DNA from: a virus
Taxonomy: Duplodnaviria; Caudoviricetes
IMG/VR virus record: IMGVR_UViG_3300013121_000017
Location: 197,681-261,680 of that record
Direction: 5' to 3' (one strand)
DNA length: 64,000 nt
The notes beneath the pieces were generated by a model that was given only the letters and a program-made list of their open reading frames with translations, made no database searches and had not been told where the DNA came from. Positions 53,603-62,377 of this stretch are shown here, in pieces. Position 1 is the first letter of the stretch, and each line of letters begins with the position of its first letter. Made by a program: the position numbers and the translations under genes.

Positions 53603-54270
53603 TGCACAACAACCAGTCCCAATCTCAGGGTAACGCACGCCCGGCTCCTCAGCAGGGTGGTCAGAGGCCACAGGGTTACAGACCTTATCAGGGAGGAGGC
53701 GGTAGCAGCAGCTACCAGGGCAATCGCCCGTGGCAGCGTCGTGACGAGCGTCCCCAGGAGAAGGGCCGGCATCGTCTGAACGGCAACATCCGTGTACCGG
53801 AAGTTCGCGTCGTTCAGGATGGCAAGCAGTTGGGCATCATGAAGACCTTCGAGGCACAGCGTCTCGCCGACGAAGCCGGCCTCGATCTGGTCGAGATCGC
53901 CCCGCAGGGCAATCCGCCCGTCTGCTCGATCATGGACTACGGCAAGTTCAAGTACGAAGAAAAGATCAAGCAGAAGGACCAAGAACGCAAGCAGCGTGAA
54001 GGCACACAGTCGCTCAAGGAGATCAGGCTCACGCCATCTATCGGCGACCACGATCTTGAGGTCAAGGTCAAGCACGCCAAGGAGTTTCTGGAAGATGGCA
54101 AGCGAGTGCAGATCTCCGTCAAATTCCAGAAGCGTCAACTGAACCACAAGGAGATGGGCTTCGACGTGGTCAAGAAGTTCATCGCCGCCCTCGGCGACAA
54201 GGTGACGGTTGAGTCCGAACCGCGTCTCGACGGCAACAGGCTGAACTGCCGTGTCGCTCCCAAGCAGTAA
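53602..54270 (+). CDS. infC: Translation initiation factor IF-3 with low-complexity N-terminal extension
   Basis: LNGNIRVPEVRVV, LDLVEIAP..PPVCSIMDYGKFKYE, KEIRL.P.I..HDL..K. Confidence 0.95.
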   Translation: MHNNQSQSQGNARPAPQQGGQRPQGYRPYQGGGGSSSYQGNRPWQRRDERPQEKGRHRLNGNIRVPEVRVVQDGKQLGIMKTFEAQRLADEAGLDLVEIAPQGNPPVCSIMDYGKFKYEEKIKQKDQERKQREGTQSLKEIRLTPSIGDHDLEVKVKHAKEFLEDGKRVQISVKFQKRQLNHKEMGFDVVKKFIAALGDKVTVESEPRLDGNRLNCRVAPKQ

Positions 54271-54276
54271 CAATCT

Positions 54277-55461
54277 ATGCTCCCGAATGCAAAGGCGGTC
54301 AACGAGACGGTCAAAAGCCGTCTCGGAGACAATGGTCCCAAACTCATGCCGGTGAGTAACCGCATCGGCTGGTGCGCGGACTTTGTTCACAATCTGTCGG
54401 ACGATCACGCCGAAGAGATTTTCGGGGCCAACGGTTTGGCCTTGTACCGTCTGTTGGAGCAAATGGACATCGGCCATCCAGATCTGGAGCCGTGCCTTCA
54501 GGACAAGCTGTTCGAGCAACATTCGGTCGGAACGTTTTCTTCGATTGTGGGCCTTGCGGCCCTGGCTGTAAGTAACGGTCGCGAAGATCTGCTGTTGTCG
54601 CTTAACCGTCTCAACCTGCTTCCTGATTCGTCCAAGGAAATCAACACCAAGTTGTTTATCCGCTGTCTGGCTGACGCCAAGCGAAGAGATGAACACAGGA
54701 AGTTGAAGAAGCCACAGGTCATCGACATGACCACGATCTCCCGCAAGGGAGAAGAACTGTGGAACACTCAACCGTCTTCGTTTGATTCGCTCATACGTTA
54801 CGAGGACGCCTATGCGGCAGAGATTGCAGTTGCCAAGCGTCGTGCAAATCGTTTCGCGTCACTGGGCTGTACCGCATTGCACACCGAGGTCATGAAGACC
54901 ATCGATTCGTTTCAGGCACAGGTTGTGGATTCCTACATGGGATTCAACCGACTGACTTTCAATGCGGCGTGTGTGATTCTGGCCAAGTGGCACGGATACA
55001 GTTTGGTCCCGCCCTTCGTGCTGGCTGATTTCCCGCCAGAGAGAAGTTACAAGGTGGTGGTCGATCCCAAGCAGTTCAAAAATTTGTCCTGGGATTTCTT
55101 CTCCCGCCCAGAAGAGTCCGATCTGTCGTGGCCTTACAGCCCCCGCGTTTATCCGATCAGTGAGATGGAGCCGCTGCCGCCTGATGTGAGAGAAATCGTT
55201 CATCTGTGCGAGAACTATGCTGGCTTCGATGGGAAGCCGCTGTTCGACCACTACGCTGTCATGGTTCCTGGGATTGATTACCCTCCGATCCGTGATGGTC
55301 ATTACACGTTCCGAACCGAGAGTGGAATCGTTGTGACCTACGACGATCAGAACGAGGCCCGATTTGCTCTCGATAAGATGTTGCTCGCCGCCGGCGCATT
55401 CTCCGCTGTCGTGATGGGCGAGCGGGACGGTAAGTGTTATTGCCTGTCTGTCTGGAGTTAA
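54277..55461 (+). CDS. Hypothetical protein
   Basis: 394-aa ORF in operon. Confidence 0.75.
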   Translation: MLPNAKAVNETVKSRLGDNGPKLMPVSNRIGWCADFVHNLSDDHAEEIFGANGLALYRLLEQMDIGHPDLEPCLQDKLFEQHSVGTFSSIVGLAALAVSNGREDLLLSLNRLNLLPDSSKEINTKLFIRCLADAKRRDEHRKLKKPQVIDMTTISRKGEELWNTQPSSFDSLIRYEDAYAAEIAVAKRRANRFASLGCTALHTEVMKTIDSFQAQVVDSYMGFNRLTFNAACVILAKWHGYSLVPPFVLADFPPERSYKVVVDPKQFKNLSWDFFSRPEESDLSWPYSPRVYPISEMEPLPPDVREIVHLCENYAGFDGKPLFDHYAVMVPGIDYPPIRDGHYTFRTESGIVVTYDDQNEARFALDKMLLAAGAFSAVVMGERDGKCYCLSVWS

Positions 55462-55464
55462 AAC

Positions 55465-55800
55465 ATGGACCTGAATGTCACTGAAGTGGCGTTGAAGGAA
55501 TTGTGTGTCATCATCGAACAGCAAAACTTCAGCCCCGAAAGCATCTACGCTCGCCTCGCCGTCCAGGGAGGCGGTTGCTCGGGCTTCCAGTACCGCTTTC
55601 ATCTTGACGAGAACTACAACGAGAAGACCGACCTTCTTGTTGAGAAGGAAGGCGTCAAGTTTGTGATCGACAAGCGGTCGGCAATGTATCTTGACGGAAC
55701 CACTGTTGACTTCCTTGAACAACTCGACAAGCGAGGGTTCAAGTTCACGAATCCTGCTGTGAAGACCACCTGCGGGTGCGGGTCGTCCTTCAGCATGTAA
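55465..55800 (+). CDS. iscA: A-type Fe-S carrier (IscA/ErpA/HesB)
   Basis: GGGCSGFQY, GFKFTNP, TCGCGSSF. Confidence 0.93.
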   Translation: MDLNVTEVALKELCVIIEQQNFSPESIYARLAVQGGGCSGFQYRFHLDENYNEKTDLLVEKEGVKFVIDKRSAMYLDGTTVDFLEQLDKRGFKFTNPAVKTTCGCGSSFSM

Positions 55801-55812
55801 CCGGAGATTACG

Positions 55813-57276
55813 ATGCTCAAGCACTTCATCAACGGCAAGTGGGTGGAAAGCGAAGAGACTGGCAAAAAGATCGACCCCTGCACAGGGGATGTCCAGTCCG
55901 TCTATTGCGACGGCGGCATCGATGAGGTGCGTCTCGCCTTGGACGCCGCCAAACGCACTCAGAAATCCTGGCAGGCCATAGGCCGTGTCAGGCGTGCCGA
56001 GATCCTGGCAAAAACCCTGCCACTACTTCATGCCAAGGCGAGAGAGTTCGCCGGCATCATCAGCAACGAGACGGGCAAGCACCTCAATGAGTCGATTGCC
56101 GAGGTGAACGAAAGCCTGCACATGATGGAATACACGGTAGCCCAAGGCCGCGCCGACTGCGGCAGGTGGCTGCCATCTGAAATACCTGACCGCGACATCG
56201 CCATTATTCGCAAGCCGAAGGGTGTTGTCGCCGTCATTAGTCCTTGGAACTTCCCGATGGCTATCGGGGGTTTCTGGTGTGCCGCACCGGCCCTTCTCGA
56301 AGGGAACACGGTGGTGTGGAAACCCAGCGAACATACGCCCATGATCGCTGAGTATGTGTGCAAGATGTACACAGAAGCTGGTCTGCCTGACGGTGTCCTC
56401 AACCTCGTCCAAGGTGAAGGCGCGACCGGGGCCGCGTTGGTGAAGGCTGATGTGAACCACATCTGCTTCACCGGCTCAAGAGATGTAGGCCAGTACATCC
56501 GCCGTATCTGTGCGGAAACGTGGGGCAAGACTTGCTCGCTGGAGACTGGGAGCAAGTCTGCCGTGATCGTGTTTGGGGATGCAGACATCGACTTCGCCGT
56601 CAGTGCCTGCATCCCCAGCGCGTTCAAAACCACGGGGCAGCGGTGTGTATCGGCAGGCAGAATCCTCGTTGAACGGAAGCTTTACAAGCCGTTCTGCGAG
56701 GCGTTCACTGAGGCCGCGAAGAAGATCACCTGGGGCAGTCCGTTCGCGGACCCAGCACCCTTCTACGGCCCGATCATCACCGACATGCAAATGTATCGCG
56801 TCTTGCGATACAACGAGATGGTTTCCAAGGAACACGTTCTGCTGAGGGGCGAGTTCAAGGGCGAGCCGAACGCGAACAATAACTTCGGCAACTACATCTC
56901 TCCTCATGTCTACGCCATGCCGTGGAGTGATGCCGTCTATTTGCACGACGAGGTCTTCGGTCCTCACGTCGCCATCGTCCCGTTCGATGATGTCGAAGAG
57001 GCGATCTCGATCTTCAATGACACGCCCTATGGCCTGTCGCTGGGCGTCATCACGAACGACGCCCGCAAGGCGCGGCAGTGTCGAGAAGAGTGTGAGTACG
57101 GCATGGCCTACTGGAACAACGGGTGCATCGGCGCGGAGTCGCACGTCGCATTTGGAGGGGTCAAGGCGTCCGGCTACGGTGGGGCATCAGCCGCTGGCAC
57201 GTTTGACACCACCAGTCATCGCGTTGCTTGGACCAGCAATTACGGTGAAGTCAGTTTTCCACAAGGACTCAAGTAA
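55813..57276 (+). CDS. NAD(P)-dependent aldehyde dehydrogenase
   Basis: ISPWNFP, KPSE, FTGS, LETGSK, TTGQRC, EVFGP, FGGVKASG. Confidence 0.95.
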   Translation: MLKHFINGKWVESEETGKKIDPCTGDVQSVYCDGGIDEVRLALDAAKRTQKSWQAIGRVRRAEILAKTLPLLHAKAREFAGIISNETGKHLNESIAEVNESLHMMEYTVAQGRADCGRWLPSEIPDRDIAIIRKPKGVVAVISPWNFPMAIGGFWCAAPALLEGNTVVWKPSEHTPMIAEYVCKMYTEAGLPDGVLNLVQGEGATGAALVKADVNHICFTGSRDVGQYIRRICAETWGKTCSLETGSKSAVIVFGDADIDFAVSACIPSAFKTTGQRCVSAGRILVERKLYKPFCEAFTEAAKKITWGSPFADPAPFYGPIITDMQMYRVLRYNEMVSKEHVLLRGEFKGEPNANNNFGNYISPHVYAMPWSDAVYLHDEVFGPHVAIVPFDDVEEAISIFNDTPYGLSLGVITNDARKARQCREECEYGMAYWNNGCIGAESHVAFGGVKASGYGGASAAGTFDTTSHRVAWTSNYGEVSFPQGLK

Positions 57277-57317
57277 TTTGCACCTCCGAAACACTAGAAT
57301 GTTTCGGAGGTGCAAAT
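57276..57317 (+). promoter_or_regulatory. Perfect 18-bp hairpin occluding the SD and start codon of the HNH gene
   Basis: ATTTGCACCTCCGAAACA-ctagaa-TGTTTCGGAGGTGCAAAT; contains GGAGG and the AT of ATG 57316. Confidence 0.75.
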
Positions 57318-57861
57318 GCACGACAAAGAGTATCAGAAGAGCTACCGCGAAAAGAACAAGGACCGAATTCGAGAACAGCGGAAAGAGTATCGTCGTTTAC
57401 ATGCAGAGGAAATTCGAGACAACAAGCGGCGATACTGCAATCTTCCCGAGGTTAAAGCAAGGCGGGCTATCCTTGGTGCGAAGTTGTACAAACGCAGTCG
57501 GGAAAAAGTGATTGCACGGCAGGCTGCTCGGCGTCGAGAAAGGGTCGCTTTCATCAATGGTGTGGCACTGCACTATGGGTGTCAAAACGCAGAGTGTAGA
57601 TGGCGTGGTGAGTTTGTCGGAGGGCAACTTGATTTCCATCATCTCGATCCTGCCGACAAGGTAATCGAGGTTTCTAAGATGGAGTCTTGGTCGTATGCCC
57701 GCATTGTGAAAGAGATCAACAAGTGTGCGGTATTGTGTAAGAACTGCCATGTTCTGGTTCATGCAGGATTGGTGGTTGTAGATGAATCGCATCTGTGTTG
57801 GGTTTCGGAGGACTTGCAATGCAGTGGACAAAGGGATGTGGCCGAGACAAAGACAAGCTGA
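57316..57861 (+). CDS. HNH endonuclease
   Basis: QLDFHHLDP..EINKCAVLCKNCHVLVH; basic N-terminal helix. Confidence 0.85.
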   Translation: MHDKEYQKSYREKNKDRIREQRKEYRRLHAEEIRDNKRRYCNLPEVKARRAILGAKLYKRSREKVIARQAARRRERVAFINGVALHYGCQNAECRWRGEFVGGQLDFHHLDPADKVIEVSKMESWSYARIVKEINKCAVLCKNCHVLVHAGLVVVDESHLCWVSEDLQCSGQRDVAETKTS

Positions 57862-58457
57862 TTATTCGCAACGTGGACAATGTATGCGAGTATCGAGAGG
57901 CGTTGGCGACTATGCCTACAGAGGCGTGGGCCAAGAAACTAATGACTGATGTTCCTGCTCCCAAATGGGCGACCGGACCCAGGTTTCTGACTTGGCTTGG
58001 CGGTCGTATGAGGGCTGCATGGCATCCCGAAGCCCATTCGTATGTCTACGCCTATACATACAAGGGCAGGGAAGAGATCGAGGAAGAAAGTGAGCAGGCG
58101 AACCGATACGTCGAGGCTGTGTTGAGGCATAGCCAGGGCAGAAGGGATGACTGGGTCGATAGCTGTGATCTTGTCAAGGTTGGTACGTCCAGCAGTCCAG
58201 AGTACCGTCGTAAACGCCATCTGCCAGAGCTATACAAGATGTTCTCGGACCTAGACGGCGCGTATCGACCAAACTCCAGACTGCTCATTCTTCCATGCCT
58301 GCGCGGCAACGCTGGGGAGTATCTGGAGGCAGAGATACTTTCCAGTTTACCAAACGAAGACCGCTTCTCGGGGGAGTGGTTTCACGACACCATCGGTGTC
58401 TCAAGGGTGTTAGCTGGATGGTTTCAATGTTCTCTGGCTATACAGGGGCTGAAGTAG
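57819..58457 (+). CDS. GIY-YIG-like (T5orf172/Mug113) domain protein
   Basis: LVKVGTSSSPEYR..LEAEIL..RFSGEWF. Confidence 0.6.
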   Translation: MQWTKGCGRDKDKLIIRNVDNVCEYREALATMPTEAWAKKLMTDVPAPKWATGPRFLTWLGGRMRAAWHPEAHSYVYAYTYKGREEIEEESEQANRYVEAVLRHSQGRRDDWVDSCDLVKVGTSSSPEYRRKRHLPELYKMFSDLDGAYRPNSRLLILPCLRGNAGEYLEAEILSSLPNEDRFSGEWFHDTIGVSRVLAGWFQCSLAIQGLK

Positions 58458-58540
58458 ACAGATGTGTTACGCTCGAAATACACCTTCCTTCTTCGAGGGA
58501 AGGTGTTTTCGTTTGCACTATGATGTAATGAAGGAGCATC

Positions 58541-58762
58541 ATGTACACCAAATGGGAATACAAGGTCATGCAGGTGGAACGCACCGACCTTGAGAAGACG
58601 CTGGGTGAACTTGGCAGCCAGGGATGGGAACTGACTGCTGCCGACAAGCCTACATACTCTGCCAAACACCAACTGGTCTTCAAGCGACCCATACTCGAAC
58701 AGGGACCAGTGCTGATCACAGAGGTCAAGAATGAAAATCACACTGACGGACAAGGAGCTTGA
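58541..58762 (+). CDS. DUF4177-like small protein
   Basis: KWEYKV..LGELGSQGWEL..VFKRP; SD AAGGAG. Confidence 0.75.
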   Translation: MYTKWEYKVMQVERTDLEKTLGELGSQGWELTAADKPTYSAKHQLVFKRPILEQGPVLITEVKNENHTDGQGA

Positions 58763-59030
58763 GCAGTACGCCCGCGAACTGTTCAAGACGGCGGTCGCAT
58801 CCTATGCCGACGCCGAGGACAGCGTTGTTGGGGCATTCGTCAAGAATGTCACCCAAAAACACACGGTTCCGTTGTTAATAGGGGGTAACTCTCTTAACGG
58901 CGGTCGTTTTCCCGTGAAGACGCCGCACACTGGACCGTTCGGGGTGAAGACCCCGCAACAACAGCAGCAACGGGAACTGTTTGATGATGTCCTCATCGCA
59001 CAGGCGAGCGTTGCGGAACAACGAATCTGA
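58731..59030 (+). CDS. Hypothetical protein
   Basis: SD GAGG; short internal repeat GRFPVKTP/GPFGVKTP. Confidence 0.6.
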   Translation: MKITLTDKELEQYARELFKTAVASYADAEDSVVGAFVKNVTQKHTVPLLIGGNSLNGGRFPVKTPHTGPFGVKTPQQQQQRELFDDVLIAQASVAEQRI

Positions 59031-59046
59031 AAGAAAAGGATGAGAC

Positions 59047-59460
59047 ATGTCGAATAAGAACACCCATCGTGGCCCGTCGCCACTGATCTCACTGACCGGC
59101 GACCACAACCCCGGCATCATTCTGCCCAACGGCGAGACAGTGACGAAGAAGGTCGTCGGCGTCAGCCCGGTGGGCAGCCAAGTCTTGGTCGAGCTTTTGA
59201 CCTACGACGAGCAGCACCCCCAGACAAGTGCGTTGGTGACCAACCCGTCCAAGAAGTTCGCCAAGGATGAGGCGCGGCATGGCTGGGTCCGCAAGATCGG
59301 GCCGAGCGTCAAGCAGACGGACTGGTGCTTCAAGGAAGGCGACCGCGTCCTGATCAGCGGCAACGGCACGCCAGTCCCCAACTTCATCGAGGGCAACGAC
59401 CACGAATGGGTCTTGCTGGAGCCGTACACCATGAAGGCCGTGTTGGAGGAGAGCTACTAA
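59047..59460 (+). CDS. GroES-like co-chaperonin
   Basis: SPVGSQVLVE..GWVRKIGP..FKEGDRVL..KAVL. Confidence 0.65.
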   Translation: MSNKNTHRGPSPLISLTGDHNPGIILPNGETVTKKVVGVSPVGSQVLVELLTYDEQHPQTSALVTNPSKKFAKDEARHGWVRKIGPSVKQTDWCFKEGDRVLISGNGTPVPNFIEGNDHEWVLLEPYTMKAVLEESY

Positions 59461-59470
59461 GCGAGGTTGA

Positions 59471-60523
59471 ATGGACTTTTATGCCATTTTCGACCTCCCA
59501 AAGACCGCCACTCAGGACGAAGTCAACAAGCGGTATCGTAAGCTGGCAATGCAATATCACCCGGACAGGAATCCGGGTGATCAGGAAGCTGTCGAAAAGT
59601 TCAAGGAGATGCAGACGGCTTACGAGACTCTCGGCGACCCCGAGAAGCGGGCCTTCTACGACCTTAACGGTTTCCCACAGGGCCAACGTGCCGCTCCCCC
59701 GCCGCCGAAGCCAGAACCGTTCTACCGCTCGTCTGTATTCAACACGTTCTTCGGTGGCGACACCAGAGGCCGACACGTTCAGGTACGCCTGGAATTGGAA
59801 CTCAATCAACTCCTGAAAGAGTCCGTCCAGACCATCACCTACACCAAACGCAAGATCTGCAAAACTTGCCGAGGCTGTGGTGCGTCCTCGTACAAACCAT
59901 GTTCCCGCTGCCTGGGCAGCGGTCAAGTTGCACAGTCAGAGAACCCACCGTTCGTTTTCACTGGACCCTGCCCGGCCTGCCAAGGCATGGGACGCACCGA
60001 TGCCGTTCGCTGTAACGAATGCGCCGGCAGCGGCTACGGCGTCCTCAAGGACTGCAAGCTGGACGTGAAGATTCCCGCCGGCATTGACCACGGGATGCAG
60101 GTACGCATTCGCGGGGCCGGCGAAGACGGGTCCGAGGGCGATCCGCCGGGCGACCTGTTCGTTGTCGTCCTGACGAAGCCGCATGAGTTCTTCAAGCGTG
60201 AGGGTTGTGATCTGGTGATGGAAGTTCCGGTCAACTACTCGACACTGGTTGTCGGCGGCGAGATCCTGATCCCGACCCTGGACAACACCATGATGAGCGT
60301 CAAGGTTCCGCCTGGGACGCAGAACGGCACAAGGTTCAGACTCAAGGGCCGGGGTATGCCGGATCTGACATCAAGGAAGGTTGGCGACATCCTGGCCAAC
60401 GTCAAGTTGGAAGTGCCGACCAAGATCGACATTGAGTACAAGGAACTGCTGGAGAAGCTGAGGGCTATGGAAGAGGCCAATCCTGGGCCGAAGGTCAAGG
60501 ATTACGCCGAGCGGGTCAAGTGA
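59471..60523 (+). CDS. dnaJ: DnaJ chaperone (type I)
   Basis: YHPDRNPGD J-domain, four CxxCxGxG repeats, IPAGID, PGDLFV, PPGTQ. Confidence 0.95.
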   Translation: MDFYAIFDLPKTATQDEVNKRYRKLAMQYHPDRNPGDQEAVEKFKEMQTAYETLGDPEKRAFYDLNGFPQGQRAAPPPPKPEPFYRSSVFNTFFGGDTRGRHVQVRLELELNQLLKESVQTITYTKRKICKTCRGCGASSYKPCSRCLGSGQVAQSENPPFVFTGPCPACQGMGRTDAVRCNECAGSGYGVLKDCKLDVKIPAGIDHGMQVRIRGAGEDGSEGDPPGDLFVVVLTKPHEFFKREGCDLVMEVPVNYSTLVVGGEILIPTLDNTMMSVKVPPGTQNGTRFRLKGRGMPDLTSRKVGDILANVKLEVPTKIDIEYKELLEKLRAMEEANPGPKVKDYAERVK

Positions 60524-60881
60524 CGGAGCAGGTTGAGATCTGCGATGGCATCTTGCTTCGGTCGGTGATGTTTCTCTGGAAGACGACCGTGGCGGTGCGG
60601 CCAAGAGCCGGGCTGCCGGTGATCCGTTTGAACTGGTCGTAAGAGAAGAATAACTGGGTTCCGTCCTCAAGCTGCATCATGATCGGGTTCTTGTCTTTGA
60701 TGAGGATAGCGATTTTGCCAACCTTGGTCACCGCCGGTAGGCCGAGGTCCAGGCTGGGCAAGAACACAGGCTGACTCATCATGTTGTCAGGCTGTTCGCT
60801 GCCGGTCCAACTGCTGGGCAGGGCGACGGGCGAGCCGCCGTCCAGATACTCCATGATGGTGAAGAAGCTTTTGAAGTTCAT
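60516..60881 (-). CDS. Putative late/internal protein (capsid-targeting-like N-terminus)
   Basis: MNFKSFFTIME; TAGATA 7 nt upstream (60889-60894). Confidence 0.65.
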   Translation of the reverse strand: MNFKSFFTIMEYLDGGSPVALPSSWTGSEQPDNMMSQPVFLPSLDLGLPAVTKVGKIAILIKDKNPIMMQLEDGTQLFFSYDQFKRITGSPALGRTATVVFQRNITDRSKMPSQISTCSVT

Positions 60882-60903
60882 ACTCTGGTATCTAGGAGGC
60901 TGT

Positions 60904-61209
60904 ATGTCGAAAGTAGTTGAGTGTCGGATGTTGATGCCTGTTGGCGTGGTGATAGATATTGAGGACGGCGGTTCCCCAACTATGACCGTCCCGACCCTCT
61001 ACGACCCACAGACTGACGAGGTTTTCGTCATCAACCGTCGCGACCACGACATCCGCGAAGATGTCGTGAAGGCAGTCAAGGCGTTCGTGAAGGACAGAAG
61101 CCACACCATTAAAGGCGGTCCCCTGGTGGCGGACGCGGTCGATCCCAAGACCTGGGACCAGATTCGCATGCTCTCGGGGTTGGCCAAGCCGCCAGCACAG
61201 GAGCAATAA
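60904..61209 (+). CDS. Hypothetical protein
   Basis: SD AGGAGG before MSKVVECR. Confidence 0.7.
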   Translation: MSKVVECRMLMPVGVVIDIEDGGSPTMTVPTLYDPQTDEVFVINRRDHDIREDVVKAVKAFVKDRSHTIKGGPLVADAVDPKTWDQIRMLSGLAKPPAQEQ

Positions 61210-61907
61210 TGCCAGCAGGATCAGCCGAAAGGGCGATGTTCGCCGTCACCGATCTGAGTCAGATCAACGACAAGTCCCCACGGGGAGTCAGCGAACGAGA
61301 GAAGAAGCTACGACTCTCCGTCAACTTCCGCCCCACCAACCTCAAACAGATTCTCGATTACATCGAGATTCAGGACTTTGACCCCGAGTTGAAGAACATC
61401 CTCAAGAAGCAGGCCAGCCGTTATCCGCACGCCGCCCTGCAACGGTTTGCGGACAATTTCGAGCAGATCGTCACCACGGCGCAGCGGAGCATGCGGAAGA
61501 CGTATACCGTCGAGCCGGCGTCGGCAGCACCAGACCGCGAAGGGCCGCGTCCGCAGGGTCAATACCTTGCACCGGGCGTGAAGCCGAAGGTTGAACCCCT
61601 CCCCGTCATCACCGCGAAGAAGATCAATCTGGACGAGATTGACTATGAAGACACGCCTTCCGATCTTCTTGAAACTCCGGTAGAATCACTGGATGGCATG
61701 GTTCCTGTTTCCGTCAACATCAACGTCAACGGCGTTGACATCCTCGCCGACTCTTCCAAGGAAGAAGAGGAAAAGCGGAAACAAGAAGAGGAGCGGAGGA
61801 AGAAGCAAGAGCCACCGCCCCCACCCAAGCCGAAACCACAACCACCCAAGGTCAAAGCAAAGCCGGTGGTCTTTTCCGCCAGCTTGCCCCCGGAGGCATT
61901 CGAGTAA
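61209..61907 (+). CDS. Hypothetical protein with disordered acidic/Pro-rich C-terminus
   Basis: TAATG overlaps at both ends. Confidence 0.72.
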   Translation: MPAGSAERAMFAVTDLSQINDKSPRGVSEREKKLRLSVNFRPTNLKQILDYIEIQDFDPELKNILKKQASRYPHAALQRFADNFEQIVTTAQRSMRKTYTVEPASAAPDREGPRPQGQYLAPGVKPKVEPLPVITAKKINLDEIDYEDTPSDLLETPVESLDGMVPVSVNINVNGVDILADSSKEEEEKRKQEEERRKKQEPPPPPKPKPQPPKVKAKPVVFSASLPPEAFE

Positions 61908-62377
61908 TGACGCATCTGCTCCGCACCACCGAAGTGAAGATCGTTGCCGTCGATGATCGCTACATTCCCAAATACAAAACTGAAGGCGCGGCCTGTGCCG
62001 ACGCTTTCGCCTTTCTCCCCGAGGATATGGGAGCCAAACGGATTCTCCTCCAGCCGAAGACAAGGGTGAAAGTCCCACTGGGCTTCTCCATCCAGCTACC
62101 GCCGGGATGGGAGCTTCAGGTTCGCGGCAGGAGCGGTCACGCCGACAAGAGTGGCATCATGGTCACCAACGGCATCGGGACCATTGATTCCGACTACAGA
62201 GGCCCGGTCACCGTACTCCTCTATAATTCCTCGGACGACCCGTTCGTCATCGAGGATGGCGACCGTGTGGCCCAGGTCTGCATTCAGCCGACCTACCGCA
62301 TTGCCTGGAACCGTGTGAGCGAGCTTGACCCGACCGACCGGGGTGAAGGTGGATTTGGAAGCACAGGAAACAAATGA
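61907..62377 (+). CDS. dut: dUTPase (trimeric)
   Basis: GAACAD, RSG, GTIDSDYRG, GDRVAQ, RGEGGFGSTG. Confidence 0.96.
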   Translation: MTHLLRTTEVKIVAVDDRYIPKYKTEGAACADAFAFLPEDMGAKRILLQPKTRVKVPLGFSIQLPPGWELQVRGRSGHADKSGIMVTNGIGTIDSDYRGPVTVLLYNSSDDPFVIEDGDRVAQVCIQPTYRIAWNRVSELDPTDRGEGGFGSTGNK

